Source: Malacoraja senta
Lineage: Eukaryota
Assembly (NCBI GenBank): GCA_038087875.1
Contig: CM075977.1
Location: 336,040,001-336,104,000 of the forward strand
Length of the DNA stretch: 64,000 nucleotides
Direction of reading: 5' to 3'
Of the stretch, positions 1 through 12,850 are shown piece after piece. How positions within the stretch are numbered: position 1 is the first letter of the stretch; each line of letters starts with the position of its first letter. A program made the translations under genes and the position numbers. A model generated the notes under the pieces. That model searched no databases. It was not told the DNA's origin and worked only from the letters and a program-made list of their open reading frames with translations.

Positions 1-539
1 ATTTCTCTAAAAAAAACTTTGAGATATTTGTTTTCCAATTTCCACAGTGGAATTCCAGCATCAATGAATACCTTGCACAGATCACTCGAAAACTTAGATT
101 TGTGACTGGAGCCAGCAGTAAAAGCAGTGAGGAGACAAGCTTGTGTATTCCCCGCCTTCAGTTTCTCTGCCGCCGACTTGTGTTTAGCTGTCTGTACATG
201 CTGGGAGACAAAATATTTCTTCTCGAGATTCACTGCTTTCTCACATGCTTTGCAAAAGCACACAGTTGTCTGTAGAGAATATATCACTCCCATAGACTCT
301 CACCAAATCGTTCAGTTTTTTTACAAGCCGTTGACTTGACTTTAGGCATTTTGACGCTTGCCGGGGTCTGAGAGGTTTGTTTTCCAATTTCCACAGTGGA
401 ATTCCAGCATTAATGAATGCCTTGCACAGATCACTCGAAAACACAGATTTGCGACTGGAGCAAGCAGTAAATGTAGTGAGGAGACAAGCTTGGGTATTTC
501 GCTTGTGTAGTCTACACCCCAGCAGTATCAACATTGACT

Positions 540-784
540 TCTTAAATTTTAGATAGCCTTTGTCTTCTCCATCCTCCCCCTCCCCTTGCCAGCTCTCCTT
601 CTAGTCCTACTGCCTCCGCCTCTTCCTTTCTTTTTCCCGCCCCCCCGAACATCAGTCTGAAGAAGTGTCTCGACCCGAAATGTCGCCTATTCATTCTCTC
701 CATAGATGCTGCCTCACCCGCTGAGTTTCTCCAGCATTTTATGTCTACCTTCGATATTTCCTGCAACTGCAGTTCTTTCTTAAA
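540..784 (+). repeat. Penelope-like element terminal fragment with hammerhead-like motif
   Basis: CTGAAGAAG..CGACCCGAAA followed by AGATGCTGCC..GCTGAGT..CTCCAGCA; the same tail recurs about ten times in the window. Confidence 0.6.
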
Positions 785-1004
785 TAGATCTTGGAGAAGA
801 TTGAACCAGCGGGCAGCGGCATGAACGAATGCATGATCGATGGTGGCACCCCCAGTTTCGCCCCGGTGGTGGAAATTACACTATGTTAACACGTTAATAA
901 TAACATTAATATTAACGTGTTAACATAGAAAACGTCACTGTAATCATGGTACAACTAGAGAAAATAGCACAACCTTTTAGCAAAATGGCCAAAAAAGGCT
1001 GATT

Positions 1005-1388
1005 TCAAGATTCAAGATTCAAGAGAGTTTATTGTCATGTGTCCCAGATAGGACAATGAAATTCTTGCTTTGCTTCAGCACAACAGAATATGGAAGGCAT
1101 GAATACAGAACAGATCAGTGTGTCCATATACCATTGTATAAATATATGCACACATGAATAAATAAAACAGATAAAGTGCAAATAAACAGTTAATGGTCTA
1201 TTAATGTTCAGAGTTTTGTTTGAGGAGTTCAATAGCCTGATGGCTGTGGGGAAGTAGCTCTTTCTGAACCTGGAAGTTGCAGTCTTCAGGCTCCTGTACC
1301 TTCTACCTGAAGGTAGCGGGGAGATGAGTGTGTGGCCAGGATGGTGTGGGTCGTTGATGATGCTGCCAGCCTTTTTGAGGCAGCGATC
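1005..1388 (-). mobile_element. Rex1/Babar-type LINE 3' end (with internal deletion)
   Basis: Nearly identical to 6253-6630; (TCAAGAT)n tail. Confidence 0.75.
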
Positions 1389-1864
1389 ATGAAAAAGGCA
1401 TTATCCTGGTCAAATCATCAAAAAAGGCATTTATGGCAAAATCCTGGCTCTAATCATAACAGCCCACTACCACAAGAGGTGGAACACTGTGGGCTTGAAG
1501 CCAACATCAGTCCACATTAGAAATGGCAGAAAGCAGTATGACTTGTCACATCCCACACCTGATATCATGAGGAGAAGATGAAAGGTATGTTATACGGGAG
1601 GAAATGAAGCTACTGTAGAAAGATCATCCAGCAGATTTTCTTGACTGATGCAGATATGAATATAATGGAGGGTGCATCACAAAACCTACAGAGCAAGGAC
1701 ATCAGCAACAGGCCCCAGGGAAACCACAGTCAATGAACTCAGGATTGGGATGGACAACCCATCGACTCAAGAATCTTGAGTAGTTTGTGCCAGAGACACG
1801 GCAGCTGTGTGAATGTTCTACTTTTTGGGATTTGCTTTCTTTCTCCTTTCATTATTAAAGGTAG

Positions 1865-2345
1865 TGTAGCGACAGATTTTTATATCGTTCAAGAGATTAC
1901 TCCCTCTAGCCACTGACTACATGATTAAGGAGAATGTCGTAATACGCATGTGAACTCTCCGTCAGAGACCTTCAGAGCTTCTTCACAGATAAATCTTCAT
2001 AACACAGTCTTTTGATTAATAGATTCTTTATTGTTGATGAAAAACAATAAGGTACACCAAACCTTCTTCCGACTCGTACACTATAATCTTCATCGAACTC
2101 TAGCTTATCGCTTTAAAGGTTAGAAAACTCCTCGTGTCTCCGTTACGCTTCGCATGGTCAAAGGGTATGCCTTCCTCATGCAAGTCCCAAACTAAACCAA
2201 AACATAAGCTTCTGCGCAAGAAACTTAGCTCCAAACACGCCCTAGAATACATAATAAATCCCACCCACATAATAACGGGCAGTCTAGAATTTAAAGACAC
2301 ATGCCATAATTAATGACAGACAAAACATGCCAAATGGCCACTACA
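1865..2345 (-). mobile_element. Solo LTR
   Basis: 481 bp; termini TGTAGCGAC...GCCACTACA (TG..CA, imperfect inverted ends); exact 5-bp TSD GGTAG at 1860-1864 and 2346-2350; AATAAA on the minus strand near 2030. Confidence 0.7.
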
Positions 2346-3209
2346 GGTAGGGTGTAAAGTATGTGCTATTGGTAATGCCAGGCCATGGACAGTAATCGGT
2401 CCTTTAAAGATTGTAAGAGGTGACCATCTTCAGTTTGTGTTGCAAATGTCAGCATGCCTGCTAGCTCTTTAAGTTGCTTCCTGAATAAAGTACCTCTATT
2501 GTTGTTTAACTTATGATTTACAGCAACTAAATGTTATAAAGGATACTGATACAATTTTTTAAACTGAAATTAATTAAAAATGTTCCCTGTGAAATATGCA
2601 CAGAAAATTCAATTCAGATAACTTACGAGTTAAAAAAGTAATACATGTAAAAAATTGTTTCAACAAGTACAATTATTACCCTTCGATTTCAATGAAGGGT
2701 AATAACAATGCCTAATCTCTAAGCAATTTTTTTTTTACCATTTGTGGAACATACAAGAACATACAGCCCAAGAACAGGCCCTTCAGCCCACAATGTCTGC
2801 CATTGTCATTAAAGTAATATTGGACAAAGTGAAATTTTTGTTTTGAATATGTGATCAATGAGCCAAAGATTAGGGGGTGTTGGAAAACCTAATGCATTAA
2901 ACTCTGGAATAGGTACTGTACATAGGCACAGACACAAGGACCACACTCCAAAACAGTAATTATACACAAATTACAGAAAATAATACAAGAGAGAAAAGAA
3001 AAAGCCTGTGCAAAAAACCCCATTAGTTTAAAAGTACATAAATAGAAAATATTTCCATGGTATTGCATTAGGTGAACCGTAGTATACCCTTGCCGAGGTC
3101 AGATTAGCACTGTGCAATTCAGTTCAAACCTGATAGTTGCCAGAAAGAAGCAGTTCCTGAACCAGGTGGTTGGGCTCCATACTTCTTTACATCCTGCATG
3201 TTAATAGCA

Positions 3210-3349
3210 TTCTTCTTCTTGCGTATGGCGTGCACAGCCTAAAGTTGTCGGACAACTTGTTCTATTTGATCTTATTTGATTGTGCAAGCTGTGTTGATTG
3301 CATTCGTCAAAACAGGGCAGACCACGTGAAGGTTGCAATCTCCCACCCC
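3210..3349 (-). mobile_element. Short SINE-like insertion with (GAA)n tail inside an older LINE fragment
   Basis: Flanked by the direct repeat TTAATAGCA (3201-3209 and 3350-3358); interrupts a decayed Rex1-like C-terminus (IKDPHHTDHALFSLL). Confidence 0.65.
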
Positions 3350-3640
3350 TTAATAGCAGTGAGAAGAGGGCATGGTCTGTATGGTGGGGATCCTTGATGA
3401 CAGGTGCCATCATCTTGAGGCAGCCCATCATGTAGATCCTCTTGATGGTGGAAGGGCTTTGCCTGTGATGTTCTAAGCTAAAGGTAGAGCACCACAAATT
3501 ATCAACAATAAATGGGGAAATGGAAATCACCTTGCGACTTTTTTTGTAAAACAAACTGTTCTCCTTTGTAAACTATGGTGAATATGCTATTATTTTAAGC
3601 TTTAAACATTTAACTTAATATCTATATTATTATTATTTTA

Positions 3641-4806
3641 TTTATATAACTAAAACTCTGATCTTGTTCACTTCCAGTTTGCGTTGTTTTTCTATTTGCG
3701 CAAAAAGGGCACACGTTAGTGCTACAATTATTCACCACCTTTACGCACCATTCTCCTGTGCTGCAAGTGCAATAAGTTTTTTTCCAATCGATAGTATATT
3801 TTAAAAGTTATTAAGGTTTAAACATCTTTAAAACTGCGCATGCGCAGATTGGTCTCCCCTCCTGTCAGTCTCTGCCACGGCTGGGACGGTGACGCCTCTT
3901 GCTGCACCATCGCTGCACTGATAGCATCTGCTGTCGGTCACCAGTGGCATGCGCCTCGCCTGGCATTGCCCGGCGCAGACCAGCACCTCAGTCGGTCAGC
4001 AGCGGCCGTAGGGGATGGTCACCGTTGCCAGAGAGCACAGCCACAGCCGCAACCGCCGGAGGACGCAGCCCGCAGCGAAGAGAAAGAGCGTGGGGAGGAA
4101 GTGGAGCGGCACCCACGGCAAGGTAGGTCAAAGCCTCCGCATCTCCCTCCCCCTCCCCCTCCCCCTCCCCCTCCCCTGGCTCCAGGACGCTCGCCCCCCC
4201 AGAAAACGGGGCCGCGGTGTTTTGCATCGAGATCCTGGGGAGGTGAGGAGGGAGAGTGGGGGGATTGAGGGAGAGGAGGGGTTAGGGAGGGAGAGGGTGA
4301 AAGTGGGGGAGGTGATGAGGGAGAGTGGGGGAGGAGGGGGAATAGAGGGAGAGGAGGGGGAGTGGGGAATAGAGGGAGATGAGGGCAGTGGTGGAGGTGA
4401 AGAGTGATAGTGGGGGGATAGGGGTAGGTGAGGAGTGGGGGAGGTGGGGGATAGAGGGATAGGAGGGGGGTAGGGAGAGGTGAGGAATTATGGAGGGAGG
4501 GAGGGAGTGACTGAGGGTAGGGGAAAGGAGAGGGAGGGAGAGGTGAGGGATGGATTGGGGAGGAGAAGAGGAGAGGGGAAAGAAGAGGGAGGATGAAGAG
4601 GAGGGGGAAGGAGTGCTGGGGGATGAGAAGAAATGAGCCGTGCCTGTGCAGTTGGGGGCTATGGGTGAGTGGTGGAATATTGCGTTTGGGGAACAGGTTG
4701 CGTTGGGGGAACGTGTGAGTGGTAGAATATTGCGTTGGGTAATGTGTTGCGTTGGGCGACCAGGCCTCCTGTGTGACAGAGACCCAATGGGTCCCAGTTA
4801 ATCTAG
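3641..4806 (+). mobile_element. Non-autonomous Helitron carrying an HTRA2 exon-1 fragment (copy 1)
   Basis: 5' end a|TTTATATAACTAAAAC homologous to the TC terminus of the 34296-37050 copy; 3' hairpin GAGACCCAATGGGTCCC then CTAG|t at 4803-4806; no TSD. Confidence 0.8.
4118..4244 (+). pseudogene. Captured HTRA2/Omi exon-1 3' fragment with splice donor
   Basis: ..LQDARPP / KTG.AVFCIEILGR|gtgag; aligns at nucleotide level with 43706-43924 (minus strand). Confidence 0.7.
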
Positions 4807-6252
4807 TTTTATATAAAACACAAAGACGATTTCTATAAAACATATTGAAAACTGATAAATTGTGCTAATTTAACAATGTATTGAAAGAAATGATGATTTT
4901 CAGATCAGTCAGAAACATATCTCCTGGATAAACTGAATATTGTCTTGGTTCCATTGAGATGACTAATTTTGCCCAAATGAATCTCTCTTATTGATTCAAA
5001 TTATTTATCAACTTTTGACATCTAAAACAAATGGAAACGTAAATTATTTATTTGTTAAACTAACTTAACTGTGAAGAACATTTTTCATCAAGCAGCTGGC
5101 TTCTGAGGTAATCTACAGATTACCCATATTTTGTAATAAACCTTGTCAGGTTATAACAACAGTTTGCTTTGGGAAAATTACCTCTCAAAAGGAGATGAAA
5201 ACAAGCGGCTTTAAATAAACTACCAAATCTCGACAACATTTTACAAGGTTGTTCCATAATTACACTATTGCGTATTGTCTTTTCAAAATAATTAATAGAT
5301 GTGATAGTTTGTCTAAATGTCACATTCCATCAAATTGATGGCATTGAACTATTTTCTACAACATCTGATACTTTCTGCACAAAAGCAATGGGAAAATTCA
5401 AACACAATTATTTTTCCCCCGATCTATGGTGTAACTAAAACTCTCCCTCTTGTCCAGTTCTCACAATGGGTATTGTTTGCATTGTTACCAAGCTATGATG
5501 ATACTTTTTTTTTTCACTGAACAATTATAACCATTGAGTGAAGATATTCCACTTTTCACAGTGGATTGATTATTATTCTCTTTCTACTCTTGTTTCTTCT
5601 ACCAAACAGATGCATCAATCACTCTGATGACATTTCATACTGAGTATAATATTACCTTACACGTTCTGATAATCAACAAAAGATTTATATATAGCTTTCT
5701 ATTGTAAAATCCCAACACTCTAAAGAATAAGCAAAACATTATTATTCTGCTCTCTTGAACCCGTTTTGAACATAGATCAGACAGATAGAATGGTAGCTTC
5801 TTTCCTCTCTTGTCCAGTAGGATCATTTTATCAGTAAGCTCAGAATCAATGCTTGCTTGCAGCATTCAGCTGTCTAGACATCCAGTGCTAAGTGGTGGCA
5901 AATTGCCCATCTCATTTGTGTGGTTAGATTGGGAAATGAAAATGTCACATTGGTTCAGTGGTTACACATTCATAGCTGAGGTTATGTTCTGGGGGTATTG
6001 TAAAACAAGTTTTAAATTACACCCTAAGTGCACAGCACCAAAAATTATGCACTGCACCAAAATCAACTTCCACCTAGCATTATGGCACATGTTAAATGGC
6101 ACCAAAAGGGATACCCTCTCCCATCCCCAAAGATAAATATTGCCTCTCATTTACTATTCTACACCCAAATTCCTTAGTTATGTTGCATATAGAGTCATAG
6201 TCATACAGTGTGGAACCAGGCTCTTCTGTCCAACTTGCCCACACAGACGGTC

Positions 6253-8036
6253 AAGTCAAGAGAGTTTATTGTCATATGTCCCAGATAGGACAATGAAATT
6301 CTTGCTTTGCATCAGCACAACGGAATATAGTAGGCACGAATACAGAACATATCATCTCAGTGTGTCCATACACCATTTTATAGATATATACACACATCAA
6401 TAAATAAGCAGATAAAGTGCAAATAAACAGATAATGGTCTATTAGTGTTCAGAGATTTGTTTCAGTTGAGTTTAATAGCCTGATGGCTGTGGGGAAGTAG
6501 CTATTTCTGAACCTGGACATTGCAGTCTTCAGGCTCCTGTACCTTCTACCCGAAGGTAGCGGGGAGATAAGTGTGTGGCCAGGATGATGTGGGTCCTTGA
6601 TGATGCTGCCAGCCTTTTTGAGGCAGCGACTGTGATAAATCCCTTTGATGGTAGGGAGGTCAGAGCCAATGATGGATGGGGCAGTGTTTACTACTTTTTG
6701 TAGTCTTTTCCGCTCCTGGGTGCTCAAGTTGCCGAACCAAGCCACGAAGCAACTGGTCAGCATGCTCTCTACTGTGCACCTGTAGAAGTTAGAGAGAGTC
6801 CTCCTTGACATACCGACTCTCCGTAATCTTCTCAGGAAGTAGAGTCGCTGATGTGCTTTCTTAATAATTGCATCAGTGTTCTCGGACCAGGAGAGATCTT
6901 CCGAAATATGCACGCCCAGGAATTTGAAGCTCTTGACCCTCTCCACCATCGACCCGTTGATATGTGGGTCCCCATCCTACCCCTACCAAAGTCCACAATC
7001 AGTTCCTTGGTTTTGCTGGTGTTAAGGGCCAGGTTATTGTGCTGTTTGTACCATTTGGTCAGTCGGTCGAACTCACTTCTATACTCTGACTCGTCCCCAT
7101 CAGTGATACGTCCCACAACAGTGGTGTCATCAGCGAACTTGATGATGGAGTTCACACTATGACCGGCTACACAGTCATGAGTATAGAGTGAGTACAGCAG
7201 GGGGCTGAGCACGCAGCCTTGAGGTGCTCCCGTGCTGTTTGTTATCGAAGCTGACACATTTCCACCAATACGAACAGTCTGTGGTCTTTGAATGAGGAAG
7301 TGGAGGATCCAATTGCAGAGGGATGTGCAGAGACCCAGATCTGAGAGCTTGCTAACCAGCTTGGAGGGGATGATTGTATTAAATGCCGAGCTGTAATCAA
7401 TGAATAACAGCCTGACATATGAGTTTTTGTTGTCCCAGTGGTCCAGAGCGGAGTGGAGAGCCAGCGAGATCGCATCCACCGTTGATCTGCTGTGGCGGTA
7501 GGCAAACTGCAGTGGGTCCAGGTTTTTGTCGAGGTAGGAGTTGATTTGCGCCATGATCAACCTCTCAAAGCACTTCATCACCACCGACGTTAGTGCCACT
7601 GGTCGATAGTCTTTGAGGCACGTCACCTTGCTCTTCTTGGCCCCCGGTATAATTGATGCCCTTTTAAAGCAGGTGGGAACCTCAGACCTCAGAAGTGAGA
7701 GGTTGAAAATGTCCGCAAAAACTCCAGCCAGTTGGTCCAAACAGGTTTTTAGAACACGACCTGGTATACCAGGCGCTTTTCAAGGATTCACCCCTCTGAA
7801 GGATTTTCTGATTTCGGCCTCTGTGACTAAGACTGAAATACCATCACAGCAAATGGGGGCTCGAGAAGGCACATCAGTGTTCTCCCTATCAAAGCGTGCG
7901 TAAAACGCATTGAGCTCGTCAGGGACTGATGTTTCACCGACATTCGAGCTTCCTCCTGATTTCGCCTTGTGGGAGGTGATTGCATTCAGGCCCTGCCACA
8001 GCTGCCGAACATCTGTCTCATCCTCCAGCTTGGAGC
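6253..8036 (-). mobile_element. 5'-truncated Rex1/Babar-type LINE (RT domain, frameshifted)
   Basis: ORFs 7780-8097, 6832-7740 ([23 protein letters not shown]) and 6449-6949 (..RFRNSYFPTAIRLLN). It splits a CR1-type tail (6188-6250 and 8080-8200). Confidence 0.85.
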
Positions 8037-9169
8037 AGGTCCCTTTCGGCCTTTTTGGCCTTTTTGCCTTTTGGCCTATTTGACCAACATGTCCCATCTA
8101 CACAAGACCCACCTGCTTGCGTTTGGCCCACATCCCGCTAAGCCTATCCTATCCATGTAGCTGTCTAAATGTTTCTTAAACATTGTGATAGTAGCTGCCT
8201 AGGGTCAAGGAAAGAATGTTCATGTCGCGGCCCTGTTTCCACCAATCTTTCCACCACCACGCACAAGAAGCGTAAAAGAAGCGGCAAGACAGATACCATT
8301 GTTTGCAGATGCCAAGAAGTGTGTTCAGCTCTGCCTCAACTACCTCCTCCGGCAGCTACTTCCATTCATGATAGTCGATCTATTTAGTATACAAATTTCC
8401 TGCCGGCTTATTTTCATCAGGACATTTGTACAAAATCTAGAACAAAAAATGATCAATTGGAAAATGTTAAAGCTTCAGGTTCTATTTAAGTGCAGAGGTG
8501 CAGTTTGGCTGCACTAACCGAATTACAATGGAAATATAAATATTGTAAATGGCAGATAGAAGTGATGCAAGGAAAGCTTCAGTGATTCCCAGATGTCTGG
8601 AGGTATTGGTGAAAGAAGGGGTTCTTCCCTCAGACAATTTACCCCAAATCACAGATCAAAGCAGCAGAATTAGTGAATGTTCAACGATTGGCAAAGAGGA
8701 TGAGACTTGTCAAAACTTTGACAAATAATGTCAAAATAACTCCAAATATTTGACCAGAACCACTAGGACAATATTTGTAACAGATCGCTTGTGTTTCATG
8801 CACCATCTCTGCTCCGACATTATCATACCTTCTTCCCTGCAATTCCAATCACTCTCCATAAATCAAAGCAGATTGCTTAACGGATTCTTCTTCTGATGCT
8901 AGTTATACGTGTTCTAAACCTATCACCTGCCTCACAATTACAGCGCTCACCTAATCACATTGGTGGCATCTTTATAACTGGTGAGATAAGAGGATATATT
9001 TTACAGGTAGATTATCTTCTTATGGTCTGAATGAAATGTTTCCGTCTCATAAAAAACTGTAGAAGATAGCGAATAGAGAAACGAACACAGTGAATAGACA
9101 TTGGGTGTTGGGATGTTTAGAAATTTGGCTTCGATCATAAAGGCGCGTGAGAGTATTGATAGTTGATTA

Positions 9170-9610
9170 GAGTCATAGAGTCATAGAATCATACAGCGTG
9201 GAAATAGGCCCTTTGGCCCAACTTACCCGTGATGACCAACATGCCCCATCTACACTGGTCCCATCTGCCCGCAATTGGTCTATATCCCTCTAAACCTATT
9301 CTATCCATGTACCTGTCTAAATGTTTCTTAAACGTTTTGATAGTACCTGCCTCAACCTCCTCCTCCAGCAGTTTATTCATTATGCCTACTACCCTTTGTG
9401 TAAAATGTTACCCCTCAGGTTCCTATTAAATCATTCACCTTCACCTTAAACCTGTGCCCTCTGGTTCTTGTGCATTTACCCTATCTATTCCTCTCACAAT
9501 CATACACCTCTCTAAAATCACCCCTCAACCTGCACTCCAAGGAATCAAGTTATTCCTGCTTAACCTCTCCCTACAGGCCCTCAAGTCCTGGCAACATCCT
9601 CGTAAATCCT
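9170..9610 (-). mobile_element. CR1-type LINE 3' fragment
   Basis: WNKL.EE.VEAGTIKTFKKHLDRYMD-type C-terminus; (CTATGACT)n tail. Confidence 0.75.
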
Positions 9611-10271
9611 CGTGGGCCCGACCTATATCTATCCATAACTATCTTAAACCTAATAGAACGTGGTCGCTCGTCCCAAAAAGCTCATCCATGAACCCTTCTT
9701 CCACTTACCCCTCTCAATTTCCTAAGACTAGAACAAGCATTGCCCTCTCCCTTGTAGTGTCCTCTACATATTGCCTGATGAAACTTTCTTGATTGTTTCT
9801 GTTCACGTTCCAACTTCCAGAAACACTGAAGTTAACATATTATACTGAATGATGCTGGAAACTGAGACTGCCGCATGCAGTTAGCTTTATCTGTTGAATT
9901 TCTCCCTCTTGCACGTGGGCAATCATTAGTTTCTGAACTTAATTGGATCTGCAGCTGATGTATCAATTTGTTACAGGATGGTTTTGTTAAAAAGTGCTGA
10001 CTGAAGTCAGTACAATATGGTATAAAGTCTATCATTGGAGGAAGGCAGGAGCACCGGGTGTGGTGACAGAATAGTTATTATATTTGGGGTGCTGTGGATG
10101 TAATTTAAGAACTTGTTGTTACTATTGGTGTCTTGGAGCTCTAGAAACTGGTCTCTTCTTATCCAACTACCTTGGTAGCCTCATGATCTTATGCCTTTCC
10201 TCAGGTGATTCTTGCGTTGGTCCCTTTGCGTAGTGATTTTGAGATCAGTCGAGTGGAATCTTCAGTAGCTA

Positions 10272-10564
10272 GGGACAGGACAGTGGTGCAATGGTAGAGT
10301 TGCTGCCTTACAATGCCAGGGACTCGGGTTCGATACTCACTACGGGTGCTGTCTGTATGGAGTTTTATGTTCATCCTGTAACCACATGGGTTTCCTCCGG
10401 GCGTTCCGGTTTCCTCCCACATTCCAAAGATTTATAGGTAATTGGCTTTGGTAAGTTGTAAAATTGTCCCTCGTGTGTACAAGTTAGTGTACAAGGTGAT
10501 TGCTGGTTGGAACGGACTTGGTGGCCGCAGAGCCTGTTTCTACGCTGTATGTCTAAAGTCTAAA
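10272..10564 (+). mobile_element. tRNA-derived SINE (HE1/V-SINE-like) with CR1-type tail
   Basis: A box (TGGTGCAATGG) and B box (GGTTCGA), central TCCGGTTTCCTCCCAC core, (GTCTAAA)n tail. Confidence 0.75.
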
Positions 10565-10579
10565 TCTGATACAGAAAGT

Positions 10580-12850
10580 CACAAAGTGCTGGTCTGGGAA
10601 ATGGATGAGCTGCTCTGTGACTGCTTTGAGTTGATGAACTGGTCCACATTCAGGGACTCAATGACCATTCGAGATAATAATAATAATAATGGATTGGATT
10701 TATATAGCGCCTTTCTAATACTCAAGGCGCTTTACATCGCATTATTCATTCACTCCTCAGTCACACTCGGTGGTGGTAAGCTACTTCTGTAGCCACAGCT
10801 GCCCTGGGGCAGACTGACGGAAGCGTGGCTGCTAATTTGCGCCTACGGCCCCTCCGACCACCACCAATCACTCACACACATTCACACACATTCACACACA
10901 CATTCACACGCAGGCAAAGGTGGGTGAAGTGTCTTGCCCAAGGACACAACGACAGTATGCACTCCAAGCGGGATTCGAACCGGCTACCTTCTGGTTGCCA
11001 GCCGAACACTTAGCCCATTGCGCCATCTGTCGTCCCTGATGTGTACACCGCTGCCGTCACAGACTTCATCAGTAAGGGTGGGGAGGACGGCCAAATAATT
11101 TAATCTGAGTATTTCCTAATTGGAAATCATGAACTGTGTGATATTCTCTTCAGTGAAGATCAAGTCTGAGGCGTTGAAGTTAGCTGACCCTGACCTATAC
11201 AAAAAATTAAGGTATGACTTTTGTAAAGCCATCAGGGATGCCAAGAGATAATTCCAGACGATATTAGAGTCCCAGACTAACCACACGGATACCTATTGAT
11301 TGTTGCAAGGTTTAGCATACTAATAACGGACTCCAGCATGAATATGGGTAGAATCCACATCCCCTCCCCCTCCCAACAAACTCAATGCTTGTTATGAGCA
11401 GAAGGTCAGTGGTATGACATAACCTGTTCTGACAATCTCAGGTACACCTGCATCCATAGTCTCTGTTACAAATGTTAGATTAGCCTTACTTAGAGTGAAA
11501 CTGTAGAAAACTATTGGCCCAGATGGAGTTCCTGGCAATATCCTCAGAAGCCTCACAAACCAGCTGGTAGGAGTATTGCTAGGCACCTTTAACATCTCCC
11601 TGATTCGTTCTGAGTTTCTTAACTGTTTTAAGACCACAACAGTAGAGACAAAAAGTAGTGTGTCTTAAAGATGGCCATCCAGTGGCTCTCACATCTACTA
11701 TCATGAAGTGATTTGAGAGATTGATCATGGAGCACATAAATTCCAGCATCCCAGGCAGGTTTGATCCCCTGCAAATCACCTACCACAACAGGTCCATGGT
11801 TGATGCTATCTCCATGGCCCTGCATTCATCCCTGGGACAAGAACACCTACATCATACGCTTATTTATTGATTAAACCTCCACCCCCCAACACCATGTCCA
11901 ACCAAACTTGTTTCCAAACTCCTGGGCTTGGTGTCAGTTGGATCCTTGACTTCCTGACCCATAGGCCATAATCAGTAAGGAGACGGCAAAATGTTCTCCA
12001 TGATAACTGTCAACACTGGAGTCCCAGTAGGCTGCGTTCTCAATCCCTTACACACTCACAACTGTGCGGACAAATTCTGTTCGAACGCCATTTGTAACTT
12101 TGCAGATAACACCACCCTAATGCACCAGATCTCAAACAATGATGAGATGGTGTGTAGGAAGGAGATATAGATCTTAGTTCAAACAAGAAGCTCTTGCTCA
12201 ATGTCAGCAAAATGTAAGAGCTGGCCATCGACTTCAAAAGGTGGGGTGGATTATATGCCCCAGTCTATCAATGATACTGAAGTGGAGAAGGTTGAGAACC
12301 GTGACTTCCAAGGTGTAAATATCACCAAAAATATGGCCTGGTCCAACCACGATGACACTGCACCCAAGAAAATACATCAATGTCTTTATAACCTAAACAG
12401 GCTAAGGAAATTGATATTGATTCATCATTAAGTGTACTGAGATGCAGTCTATATAAAATACAATCAAAACCATACCCGAGATACTGCATAGAGAAAGAAA
12501 ACAGTGCAGAATATGGTGTTACAGCTATAATAAAAGTGAAAAAAAATGCAAGGTCCACAACAAGGTTGATTGTGGAGGTTGGGAATATAATCCTCAGCTA
12601 GTGAATAGCCTGTTCAAGAGTTTAATAATAGTGGAGATAAAAGCTGTCCTTGAACCTGGTGCTACTTGCTTTCAAGCTCCAATAGATTTTACTAATTTCC
12701 ACAGATGCTCCATAGAAAACATCCTATTGGGATGCAACATAGCTTGGGGTGGCAACTACTCTGCCCAAGACCAGAAGATATTGCACAAAGCTTGAACACA
12801 GCCCAGTTCATCATGCAAATCAGCCTCTCCCTCACCCCTCAACATTAACT
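10580..12850 (+). mobile_element. Old, heavily decayed Rex1/Babar-type LINE, interrupted twice
   Basis: Remnant similarity to 6253-8036 (DCFELMNWSTF, FADN, HRCSIENIL); insertions at 10674-11036 and about 12420-12680. Confidence 0.6.
10674..11036 (-). mobile_element. tRNA-derived SINE with L2-type tail
   Basis: Minus strand: GGGACGACAGATGGCGCAATGG (A box), GGTTCGAATCC (B box), TGTCCTTGGGCAAGACACTT core, TGTAAAGCGCCTTGAG..AAAGGCGCTATATAAAT tail, (ATT)n. Confidence 0.75.

Larger units (their letters stand above)
1..1452 (-). mobile_element. Decayed hAT-type DNA transposon, left end, with a CGGBP1-like zinc-finger transposase N-terminus; interrupted by later insertions
   Basis: Minus strand from ATG at 349, across frameshifts: MPKVK..KLNDLVRVYGSDIFSTDNCVL/FCKACEKAVNLEKKYFVSQHVQTAKHK../FSSDLCKVFIDAGIPLWKLENK. 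Partial second copy at about 375-500. Putative terminus TAGAGCCAGGATTTTGCC at 1452 with AAAAAGGC subterminal repeats. Confidence 0.65.

Noticed and set aside
10272-10345. tRNA genes (also at 10965-11036, 13081, 37141, 60320-60390)
   Set aside because: A/B boxes continue into SINE bodies and LINE-derived tails; no complete cloverleaf.
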